Assembly: GCF_964355755.1 (NCBI RefSeq)
Contig: NC_092670.1
Coordinates: 39,420,388-39,484,387 of the forward strand
Direction: 5' to 3'
DNA from: Antedon mediterranea
Lineage: Eukaryota; Animalia; Echinodermata
DNA length: 64,000 nt
A program made the position numbers and the translations under genes. Each line of letters starts with the position of its first letter. The stretch's first letter is position 1. Of the stretch, positions 53,401-64,000 are shown in pieces. The notes beneath the pieces were generated by a model. It had not been told where the DNA came from, searched no databases, and saw only the letters and a program-made list of their open reading frames with translations.

Positions 53401-56400
53401 AAATTTGGAGGTCATCGGTTCATTCCTAAGAACAAATGTAGAATTGTTTTAAATCGTATGTTTAAAAGTAGCACATGGCAAGTGTATGTAGACTTAACTT
53501 TATGTAGTTGAAATGGTTTTTTACCAAGTTGCAATTATTTCGTTGTCACTGCTAGCATTTTTAATTAGAATTAAGTGCTGCACAGGTACTGTAACACTAC
53601 CTTAGCGTATCTAGGATGCATAGACAAGAAGTATGAAGTATTTCAGTCATGTTAATTTGCATTTGTTGCTGATATTGTTCAAAGTAAAGACTAAAGAAAA
53701 CATAATAGGACTAGATATATAGAACATTTGTATACAATCTTAAAAGACATCCATCTCTTTTGTACTTTAAATAATTTTATAATAATAATTAATAGAGGTA
53801 TTTTTGGGATCCTACACGTGACAAGAAATTCTGTTTTCTTTTAATACTGGATACCCACTAATGTCTTTAAAATGTCTTAATTATATTACTGTATATGTAT
53901 TGTTATTTTGCCATTATTGAAAGTAATGTTCTTGATAAATTTCAAAACTCATATTTCATTCACAATGGAATATTTTTGCTCAACATAAGGGCAACATGTC
54001 ATAGTGCATAAGACTTGTAATTGGCTATCTGATTGGTCTACGTGCAACAGCTACAGAATTTTTATATAGTCTCCATCGACATTGAATTCATTTTTTAAGG
54101 ATTGATTGCATTAGAGTTGACCATTGTTGTCTATTGTTGTACTTCATCTATTTCTACCTCATTAAGTATGCTTATTAAATATTGCCAACTAATTCAGAGT
54201 GATCAGTCTTGCTAAAAACCTCACATTTAATGAATGGTGTGACATGGAGTAATTACATGGATATTTATAGCACATTATCTGTCAATTTCAATAGAAGATG
54301 TACAAGAATACTACTGATTACATAATTCACATCATGTCTCTGTTTCCTTGTTACGTATTGCGTAAATCACAAATAGTGACGTACGTTGAAAGTGCAGTTA
54401 AAATACCCATAAATCAATCCATTATTATATTTTCTGACACGGTATTCTGTGAATATACTGAAGAACTTTTACTTTGAATAGCAACCTAAATCACTGTCTA
54501 CACTATCAAACTAGTGTGATGTGATGTGTCCAAATATGGTAGTGATGTAATACCTAAATATAGTAGTGATATGATAATGTCCATATATGGACGACACATA
54601 TTTTTTTTCTCGCATAAAGTTTGATAGTGTAGACAGAGCTTAAGAATAGGATGGGTTTGTGATGCTAAAAACGATTGTTTAGTTTTTGATATGAATTTTT
54701 ATATCTATCATCTAATGCCGCACACTTTTCCATAATTTTATTCCATCCATATTTATCACTATTTTTTGGTTCTATTCGATTCTTCAATACATCTCTTTAT
54801 CCTATTCAAACTCACAATTCTCAATAGGCATACAATACAATTATTTTATAAAAGTGAAAAATGCTGGGCATGGCAGCTTAAAAGCAAAATACAATGCTTC
54901 AACTCAAATTTGTTAGCTACCCCTCGTAGGTTCCACAAGTCTGTAGTTCCTAAAACCAATTTGTATTGTAAACTGTATTTTACCCATTTTATCATATTTT
55001 AATGTTTTATATACGTGACAAGCAAGACAATTTTTGAGCCAGAGTGATTTATTTAATTAATTATTTAATTTATGAATTTTATTTTAATTTTTTTTTTTCG
55101 TTTTGCAGGTTGGATGTGCACTTTGAAGTGAGCAGTAAGCGATGCAGCGTGAGCAGTGAGAGTACGTCATTAAACCTGCCAGACAACGCGAGTATGACCG
55201 CCATGGCAGGATCAATTAGCGAAGAAAAAGGTTAATTAATATTCTTATTTTTACGTACACTTTGTTTCCCTTTCATTATGTATTACAAAATTTGTTTCAA
55301 TGTCGTCATTGCTAATTATTTTTCAATTTGATAATCATTAGTTTTTGTTGCTTACGTATTTATAGTTAATGCAGAAAATTATTTGTTTTTCATTGAAATT
55401 AAATTCACATCTTCTACCTCATCATTTGAATAATAATAGTTCATTCTTATATAGTGCATATAAGCAAGCTCTCAATGCATTGCACATTATTGGCCCAGTA
55501 ATTGTTTGGGTCAAACATGTATAGAAACATACTCCCATAATAAGGCAGCTAGTAATCAGCGCAAAGTTGTGTCTTGATCTAAACCGGGTACCCATTTAAT
55601 ACACCTGGGTAGAGAGAGGCAAATGTAAGTAAAGTGTCTTGCCTAAGGATACAAGCAATCTCACGATGAGTAATCCAAACACACTACGCTACACACCCTC
55701 ACAAGAAGTTGTAATAATAGTTAATTAAAGATGTATTGTTCCCCCCAAAACATGAAAAATGAAGATTAATTAAATCAGACTTTGAATATGTTATTTTGTA
55801 GTTTTAATAAAGTAAAAAACTTCCATAGAAAAAAAAAATTAAAAAATAATGTTTCACTTATAAAATGACAAAATGAATTGTTAAATTCAACCAAAAAAAC
55901 ATTGGCTGGCAACCAATTTGACAATTTTTTGCTTTAAATTACAGTTTTTTCAGGTAAATAAATTTTTTTTCGATCCAATTTGTGGACAAAGTGGATAACT
56001 ATTATGTTACATTAAAATGGCATATTCAACAAAAATGTTGTTAAGAATTATATTTTCAGGGGACAATACATCTTTAATATAAATTTAAAGAAATTTTCAA
56101 CTTTCTATTGATCTTCAAAACGTATTGATTGATTGATATTTCTTGTCGATACCAGTATGTTAAAAATATCATAAATTAAATTATTTCATCATAGGTATAA
56201 CTAACATTTCATCAATTGTCCATGGCCCATTCGACATGCACGCTGAGGTGGTCGATAGAATCACTAAGTCACGACATTCCAGTGGAGGGAGCAGTAACGT
56301 AGACGTTGGCCAAAGTGGACTCAATCCGTGGGAACCACACAAAGGGGACCGAGTGGGAGCAGGCGACAGAGTAGGGGCAATAAAGAAAACTAAAAGTAGA

Positions 56401-56781
56401 TCCAGAAACAGTAAGAAAAATACTGTCAAGATCAGTGACCACGTCACGGAGACGTCATACCACGATAACGATAGCATAAATGATTCGATCCATTCGGAAT
56501 TGAGTGGTAATATAGCCGATTGCGAGACACCGTCGGAGTGCGGCTCGATCGTGGTCGGTGACGTCACCACCGGGAACGAAGATAAGCTATCTACCGGTGT
56601 GATCTCTCCAGCGGATAAACTGCGTAGTAATTCGGTTGACTCAACGAATTCAGCGAGCACCAATCACCAAACGTATGTGCAAGAACCGATCTCAAGTATG
56701 ACCGAAGTCGAAAATGACAAACCAACAAACCATATTTTAACAATCGCACCAAAACAAAAACTGATGTCCACTGATTTATAA
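41453..56781 (+). CDS. RNF19: RBR E3 ubiquitin ligase RNF19 (Dorfin-like), about 735 aa
   Basis: Exons 41453-41979, 42309-42499, 46644-46785, 48102-48264, 50509-50617, 51170-51328, 52771-52978, 55109-55230, 56195-56781, phase-compatible. RING1 (ECPLC...[15 protein letters not shown]), IBR ([14 protein letters not shown]), RING2 (KPCPRC...[10 protein letters not shown]) and the family signature [30 protein letters not shown], then transmembrane segments. Confidence 0.95.
43849..44564. mobile_element. Kolobok-like non-autonomous element, 716 bp
   Basis: TTAA on both flanks. ~27-bp TIR AATGGACCTGAAATGGAWTTTCGATTT. Confidence 0.85.
45115..45255. repeat. Near-perfect ~140-bp palindrome (fold-back)
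   Basis: attttaagctagtcaaatttgtagagagt...gatagttta|taaactatc...actctctacaaatttgactagcttaaaat, centred at 45184/45185. Confidence 0.9.
49280..49445 (-). mobile_element. Probable Penelope-like retroelement terminal fragment
   Basis: Contains a minimal hammerhead motif. About 100 bp is repeated at 46966-47070, and both copies abut (TA)n-like tracts. Confidence 0.5.
49405..49441 (-). ncRNA. Minimal type I hammerhead ribozyme motif, possibly decayed
   Basis: Minus strand reads GCA-CUGAUGA-A-UGGC-UAGUGUU-GCCC-GAAA-GC-UC-UGC: both core boxes, stem II, a palindromic AGCU in place of stem III, and a 3-bp stem I. Confidence 0.6.
50860..51110 (+). mobile_element. tRNA-derived SINE relic
   Basis: A-box-like tggcttggtgg and B-box-like ggttcaagc at tRNA-like spacing, with an A-rich tail. 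Confidence 0.5.
55450..55700 (-). mobile_element. SINE relic with conserved central domain
   Basis: gggtacccatttaatacacctgggtagagagaggcaaatgtaagtaaagtgtcttgcctaagga resembles the reverse complement of the body shared by many invertebrate tRNA-SINEs. Confidence 0.55.
55729..56073. mobile_element. Kolobok-like MITE (TIR AGATGTATTGT.CCCC)
   Basis: TTAA on both flanks. Second copy at about 60992-61300, and isolated ends near 15330-15367 and 33020-33062. Confidence 0.82.
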
Positions 56782-59700
56782 ATGTACATTTTTTTATTTA
56801 TGATAATGTCAAGATATATAATGTTATGATGTAATTAACTTGCTATTTTAGCTATATTTGTAGATAATAGTTGTAAATCAAACATTTATTTAATGAGAAT
56901 TGATTGTGTAGTAAATTGTATATTCTGTCGGCGGCGGGGAAAACAAAATAAAGTTAATGTTTCAAAATTTATATAGAAGAAAAAAAAATTATTTATGTTG
57001 CCGCTTTACTGTAAGTGTAAGTAAAATTCCCAGTTACTACAAAAAGGTATTCAGTGTAGAGATAAAATATTAATATAGTAGATGCCCCTTATTTAGGATG
57101 GTTCAGGTATTAAAGTAAACAGACACAAAAATGCGTATTAATGTAGATTACAAAACTATCCATTTATGATGACGTGTATGACTTAAATTATGCATTTAGT
57201 TGCTTTTCAGTTTGTAAACTAAAAAAAAAATTGGTTTTTCCACGGCAAACATGCACCCAAAAATTATTAAAATGTCTGATGACAGAATCCAAGACCATCG
57301 CCAGGAGCAGAAAATCGACCAGGTTAGGTCTGATGACATGCTAATAGTACCGTACCTACATGACGTCATAGGTCATGCTAGGTCATCCAAAGCTCCCATG
57401 TACTGCTTTTTATTTTGATCCTAAAATCAATTATTCATTAATCAAAGTGTGTTGAATTGAATTTAATCAGGGAAGAAATATTATACACGTTTAATCTAAT
57501 ATTTTAAAATCTAAAATAGGAATCTTAAGACAATCAAATAAAATAGCATTCATTAAATATTATAATAGCAACAAAATTATAAATATAATTTTTCGGCATA
57601 TATTTTGTTTTATTTGTAAATTTATCTTAATTCTTAAACATTAAAAAAATTAAGTTGAGTTCTTTTTCTAATAGTTTTATTTTCACACTTTTTTTCCCAA
57701 CACCTTTAGTCAGTCAGTCAGTGTAAACCTTAATTAAGAATAAATATAAATAAATATAAATAAATATAAATAAATACAATTATTATACATTAATGTAATG
57801 AAACTAGCTAGTTGTACCATAATATTTTGAAGTAAAATTTGGTGATGGTTTTATTCATAATTATATTGGGTGTATATGATACAATAATCAATTCCATATG
57901 ATGTCCCTGCATTTCATAACTTTATCTGGAATTAATGCAAGGGATCATGACAAATTTATTCTACTGCAGTTACTGAAGTAATTACATTTGTTAAGCAATA
58001 ATGTATTTACTATTATTTTAGTTTGTTTCAATCTCAAAGATTCACCACAAAGGTGTTAACTAAAATAAACAGTGTGTATGATCACACAAAAAGGGTTTGC
58101 TAAATACATTGCATAAAGAAGTTGAGTAAAGCAAAAATAGTAGTAGTTGACATATTGTCCTTAATATTCAAATATTGTATATTATAATAAATATGTCAAC
58201 ATACAACAGGATTAATATTTATTTATTAAATTAAATATAACAAATCTGTCCTCCATTGAGTAAAGACGTAGATGCTTAATATTCAAGCACGTACACCTCC
58301 ACGGACGTGTTGTTTATATTTACCACGCTAATGACGTACTTAAAATAAATTCACGACAAAGTTGTGTTTATACGTCATCTAATGATGTGACACTAGAACA
58401 CATATAAAACACTCCACATAATATTATCTATAACACCATTAATAATGGTTGTATAACACTGGTTAAACACTATGGCTATCACTATAGTTTAAAATGTATA
58501 ATGACATGTTTGTCTGTGTATATTTTTTTTTGTTTGAATTGTTTGCTGTGTTTAATTTTGGTTTCCTTTTATTCAGTCTTGTGTTTATGTCATCTTTGTC
58601 TTTACTTTTCATTTATTTATTTTTATATTTCTTAACATACATCCTTTATTACCATACTTAATAAATAAAATATCACATCATTTATACAATAATTATAAGG
58701 CTACTATTACAAGCTAAGTCTATACTATTTTCCCAAAGAACATGACATACCCTATTTGATATATGTCCATTTCTTCATTACGCATTATTCCTAATATGTG
58801 TTCCCTATTAAGCTTTATGTGACAAAAAAGATGTGATGTGCCCATATATGGACACAATGATGTCATATCACTACCATATTTGGGTATATCACTACCATAT
58901 TTGCACATATTCACACTTTTTCTTAATTTCTTGTGTGTTGTTTACTGTCATGTGTAAATTATTATAATATGCCGTGCCTTTTGTTGTTATCAATAAAAAA
59001 ATAAATAAATTCAAACGTTACAGATGGTTGCAGTATCAAACCTACAATGTATGTTTTAAACCAATTATAATTCATTGTATTCTAAATACACAGTAGTTAT
59101 CAAAAGAATGGATTCCATTAAATATAAATATCAGGTTATTTTTTAATTTTTTCCAAAATATACACAGTAAAACATATACTGTACCACTAAATGAATCTTC
59201 AATTTAAAATATGAAAGGTATAATACAGAAATACCTTGATTGGCGATTGAAGAATGTTTGATTTTGCTAGGTAGATTCAAGTATAGTTGTATTGGACTTT
59301 AGTTTGTATAATTTGGGTTTATTATTATTATTTATATATTAGTTGAATCATGAGAATTCCTCTATAATAATATGGAGTTTTTTTAAAATCTCTATGTGGA
59401 ATTTTTTATAACCTCTATGGTAATATTTAGACATGATTCAGGAACGTTTATTCTACTACACCTTGTATTGCTCAATGGTTACATTGATGTAATACTGTAA
59501 TTGGAAACCACTCATCACATTTTAAATATTTTCAGTACTGTATCTAGGCAGATGGCATAATATGTTTAGGCAGTATCTAGGGAAATGCTATGATAGGCGT
59601 AACAGTGCATGTCAGATGACCAATTTATCAAGAATTTCTTAAATAAGTACTGTGTCACTGAGTACTGTATGTGGCACACAATAGTATGGAAAACACATAT

Positions 59701-60707
59701 TTTGCTGTATCAATGAATTTGCCCAAATATAATTGCTGAAAAATCTAGATACAGTACTGAGAATCTTGTAAAATCAATTAATTTGTGAGACTTGCTTACT
59801 GGTATACTTTGTGTAGGGACTAACCATTCCTTGTTCCATGGTTGTTATTGCTGCATTGTCAAATTACTATTGAGAATTCTATTAATTAACTTTTTAAGTA
59901 AAGAAAACAGCTCAACCTTCATTTCACAATTGATGCATTTAGCGCATTTAGTTTCCATGGCAACTGCATCTTAATGGAGAATGTATTAATAGGTTTCAAG
60001 ATTGTGCACACACAAAATGTCCTAATTGTAGGGGGGGGGGGGGGCTGGATCTGTGCCTCCTGCTAATATGCCTACCTTTTGTGGCAATAAATGTTTATTT
60101 TTATTATCCAATATACCTTTGCACATTGATTTAAAAATTAGAAGAAAAAAACATGTTTTGGACAAAACAAATTAAAAGATATATAAAAATATATTATAGT
60201 TTTTTGCATTTATTTTATATATTTCTCATAGATTTTGAAATAGTAAGACTGATATTACATGAATCATTTAAACATGATTGACGTTGACAATAAAACTGCA
60301 CCTGTCCTGACTACGTTTGATCACAGAAATCCTGGCAGAAATCAAATGATTGACAGAAATGATATAATTTCATTTACCGAAACTAGAAGTTAATTCAGCT
60401 TTGAATAATCTACGTTCTTTTGTTAATCATTATCTTATCAGTTTTGTTGTTACAAAATATTAAACCGATTTCCCTGAAAGGAATAGATAAATCGCGACCA
60501 TTGAACGACGTGCCGCGTCGAAAATCGGGCCATAGTTACAGTTGCTAGGGAATTGTTGTGGAGTCCACATGCTTGTGTTGTTATGGTGGTAAAGGATCGT
60601 ACTCTGTTTGCTACTTAAAAAAAGGTGTAACAAATATTTATTAAAACACTTTTGAAACCCAATTAACGTCGGCTGTGTATGTTTAACATCGGACACGACT
60701 GTACGAA

Positions 60708-63658
60708 ATGTCCAGTGAAGACAATCAGCAGGTAAGTATCGATTTTAGTCCCAATTTTAATTAAATTCTAACTGAATACATACTAAGTTGTCGGTAGTGT
60801 TTGTTACACTGTATTGCATTGTTAGGCCAATTGTTTTGTTACAATACGTAGTGTATAGGGTATGTTTACCGCACCTACTGAGGCTGGAAAGGGTTCTAGT
60901 GGGCCTGCTGTTTTTGTTGTAGACCTACCACAATGGCTTAGAGTTATAGGCATGAAAAACAAATATTTGTAAGCAATTTTTTGCCTATTAAAGATGTATT
61001 GTCTCCCAAAAAACATGAAAAATAAAGATTAATTTTAAAAAAGACTTTGAATAGGCCATTTCCATAGAAAAAAATTAATAACATTTAAAAAAATAATAAA
61101 TAATATTTTTACTTATAAAAAGACAGAAGAAACAGTTAAATTCAACCAAAAACTTTTTGCTTTAAATTACATTTTTTTCAGGTAGGCCTAAATAAATTAG
61201 TTTTTAACCAATTTCTGGTCAAAGTGGATAACTATTATGTGACATTAAAATGGCATATCAACAAAAACATTTTTTTAATAATTTTTTCAGGGGAACAATA
61301 TAGCTTGAAGCATTGTGTTATTGAGTGTTTTATTTTAATTATTTCAGGTGCAATCAAATGAAGGGGAAACTGAGGAACCAACACAGGAGGAACCAGCAGC
61401 ACCAAGTGAGAAAAATGATGGTACAAATTCAAAATAATATATATATTTTTAAATAATACAGCAAATTTGGACGATATTAGAATTTTTTCATATTTTAGTA
61501 AAGTACAAACAATTTGTTACAATACATTTTTAGATATTGTATGTGAATCAGGTAATAGAATGTTTTTTATGACTTAATAAGCTCTGTCTACACTATCAAA
61601 CTAGTCATCATCATGTCCATATATGGGCACATCATAAACATTTTTTGTTGCATAAAGTTTGATAGTGTAGACAGAGCTTAAGAAAGATTTGCTTTGCTTT
61701 CCTAGATTCAGCTCAAAATTCACCAAAAGATAAGAAGATGGAGCAACAATTCTTAGCCGAAATGAAAAGGTTGAAAACAAGTCTGGAAAGAGAGTCTACC
61801 AAAATTATCAAACCAGAATTGTAAATATTGTTTTAAATTTCTTTCACTCCTTTTTGTTAAGTGTATTGTTTTTTTGGTTTTTTATTTCACGAGATGAACA
61901 AAAAGATATTAATTTGATGTTATTATGTTTTTCAGTAAGCCATATTCACCTTTTATCTGGAGTAGTTTGGAACCTTATTACAATACATATCTGATGCAGT
62001 ACATGGCAGACATGGTAAGAGAGAAAACACCTGTAGGCCTACGGTTCATAATTCAGTAGCAATTTAACATTCTTTGCTCGTTTAAAATATTTATAGTAAT
62101 TCATACTATTTCTGCAATTGCATTTAGCCTCCTGCAGTGCGGCATGGGTATATCACAAGAAAGACGGCAATAGGCCTTGTTGATCCAGAGGTCTCGCATT
62201 CAATGGACATGTAAGTCAACTCATTTATAAACCTCTGTCTACACTATCGAACGTGATGTTCCCATATTGGACATAATGATGTATCATATCACTACTATAT
62301 TTAAGCATATTACTACCATATTTGGGCATTTCACACTTTTTTTGTCAAACTGGTTTAATAACATTAATTATCATGAAGTTTATACTAATGGTTTCTACTT
62401 TATTAACAATATACTTTGGTCCTTTTTAAATTGTAATAATTTGGTGTTTTTCTTTTCAGAGTGGTAGACCCAGTTCCTGCATCAGTTCCATGTCCCACAA
62501 GACCAGACATTAAGAAAATGTAAGTTTATTTTTAATGTGACTTGGGATAGGATTAGATTATTACCATATTTATTCAAATAAACGCCCTATTCATTTAGAA
62601 TTCATTGATTGGCATGATTTACAATTTTCAAAGCATTTTGAGCAATCAAGTTTGACTGTCCTTTATCTCGATATTAATTGTATTGTATTTTATTTCATAT
62701 ATAGGGGTATTTGTTTGATTATACATGTTACCATATTCACACCCCAAAAAATAAATGCCTCCCCCGAATAAATACCGTATATACTGAAAGTATTTTTCCA
62801 AATAAACGCAAAAGAAAACTACCATACTTTAGACTAAACTGCAGGAAATTATTTTTGTAGCGTGTTGACAAGAAGCAGTGATAACAAGGAGGGTAGTACA
62901 CGTCTTCCAAGGTGGCCAGTTGTTTCGTACAAACGACCTGTCCCAAATAACACAGAATTAAACTGGGGAGATGTTCCTTCTCTCAGGTAAGCTTATCATC
63001 ATACTGTTGTGGATAATAAATTCATTCAAATTTACAGTACTTTTTTTAGATATTGTTTTAGAGTTATATTGGTTTACTATTGTAGAAAACCCTTATAATG
63101 GAGGAGACACCGAACAAAGCTCTTAATTAAGGGTCTTTTATTCTTTTTGTTCCGGCACAGCTCCAATCCAGAGCCGGCAAATCAAATTGAACGTCAATGT
63201 TCCGTTTTACGTGACTATGTACCAATTGATATGCGTGTAGTTGCATGAAAACAAAATATTGACGTTTGATTTGATTTTCCACCGCTGGACCAGATCCGTG
63301 TCGGAACAGGTGTGAAAGAACCCTTAGGGGTGTGCACTGAATAGTAATATATATTTCCTTTTATTTGTAACACAGGAATAATTTATAGGGGTATTTTTGA
63401 TTATACTTTTATCTTTATTCAAAATCATTTCAATATATTAGGAGTGAACTTGGCACCAAGTACAGCAGCAACGCTCATGAGCGTAAACAGAAAGATTACA
63501 CAAGGACAAAACAAGATTGGAGCCGAATGGAATTATTTAAACTAAAAGAACTGCACGAAATCAACCGCGAACACATGCGAATGACGTGTAATGCTTATCT
63601 GGGAACTTCCCCGGGATCAAGGAAGGCGGTAGAAGAGCTTGCCCAAGTGTTAGAATGA
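60708..63658 (+). CDS. Uncharacterised protein, 253 aa, 8 exons
   Basis: Exons 60708-60731, 61348-61405, 61706-61820, 61936-62014, 62128-62210, 62460-62519, 62861-62986, 63442-63658, all GT-AG, phase-compatible and stop-free. Runs MSSEDNQQ...DWSRMELFKLKELHEINREHMRMTCNAYLGTSPGSRKAVEELAQVLE. No domain recognised. Confidence 0.8.
63131..63323. mobile_element. Degenerate palindromic MITE with TWA-like flanks
   Basis: gggtcttt...aaagaaccc termini with internal inverted arms aaatcaaattgaacgtcaat and attgacgtttgattt. Confidence 0.55.
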
Positions 63659-64000
63659 CAACGCCGCCATTTACTATGCTTTACTTGCGTTAAATTGTTT
63701 GCAAGACAGTGTGTGAAATAATGGACTTTCTATCTAATTGAAAGACTGGATGTTAGAAAGGGATTATATATTAAAATACTGTAAATATGATGTTTTCATT
63801 CTTACTAGATTCAAGGGCAGTATTATTTTTTCATAACTGGTTATCTAATGTGACCTGCGCTGAATAACATAATCGTGTTTTGCGCATGTTACCTGCATAC
63901 TAAGTTATTTTGGGAATTTTTAGTAAGTAAAAAAAATGTGACATGCGCAAAAATGTTAGCTCAATACATTTTATAAAGTCAATATTTTGAACATTTTTTC

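Overview
AT-rich, intron-rich animal genomic DNA, probably a marine invertebrate (taxon is inference). Eight host genes were assembled by hand from GT-AG splice sites with consistent reading phase: the last exon of SDHA (+), a WW+BAG co-chaperone (BAG3-like, -) head-to-head with MFF (+), an MS4A/CD20-like four-pass membrane protein (+), a 155-aa secreted protein with a predicted N-terminal His and LPMO-like motifs (-, six short exons, almost invisible in the ORF track), a short glucosidase II beta/PRKCSH-like protein (-), RNF19 (+), and an unrecognised 253-aa protein (+). Non-coding DNA is dense in MITEs (about 30 copies of one family), TTAA-inserting Kolobok-like elements, SINE relics and minisatellites. 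The strongest leads are: (1) the histidine-brace, LPMO/X325-like secreted protein gene; (2) a decayed PIF/Harbinger element carrying a chromo/SH3-like + OTU + F-box-like frame where a Myb/SANT partner is expected; (3) a 62-bp minisatellite made of the PRKCSH-like gene's own C-terminal codons and stop, about 21 copies, split by a Kolobok-like insertion; (4) a minimal Penelope-type hammerhead ribozyme motif. All protein identities come from motif recognition, not database searches.
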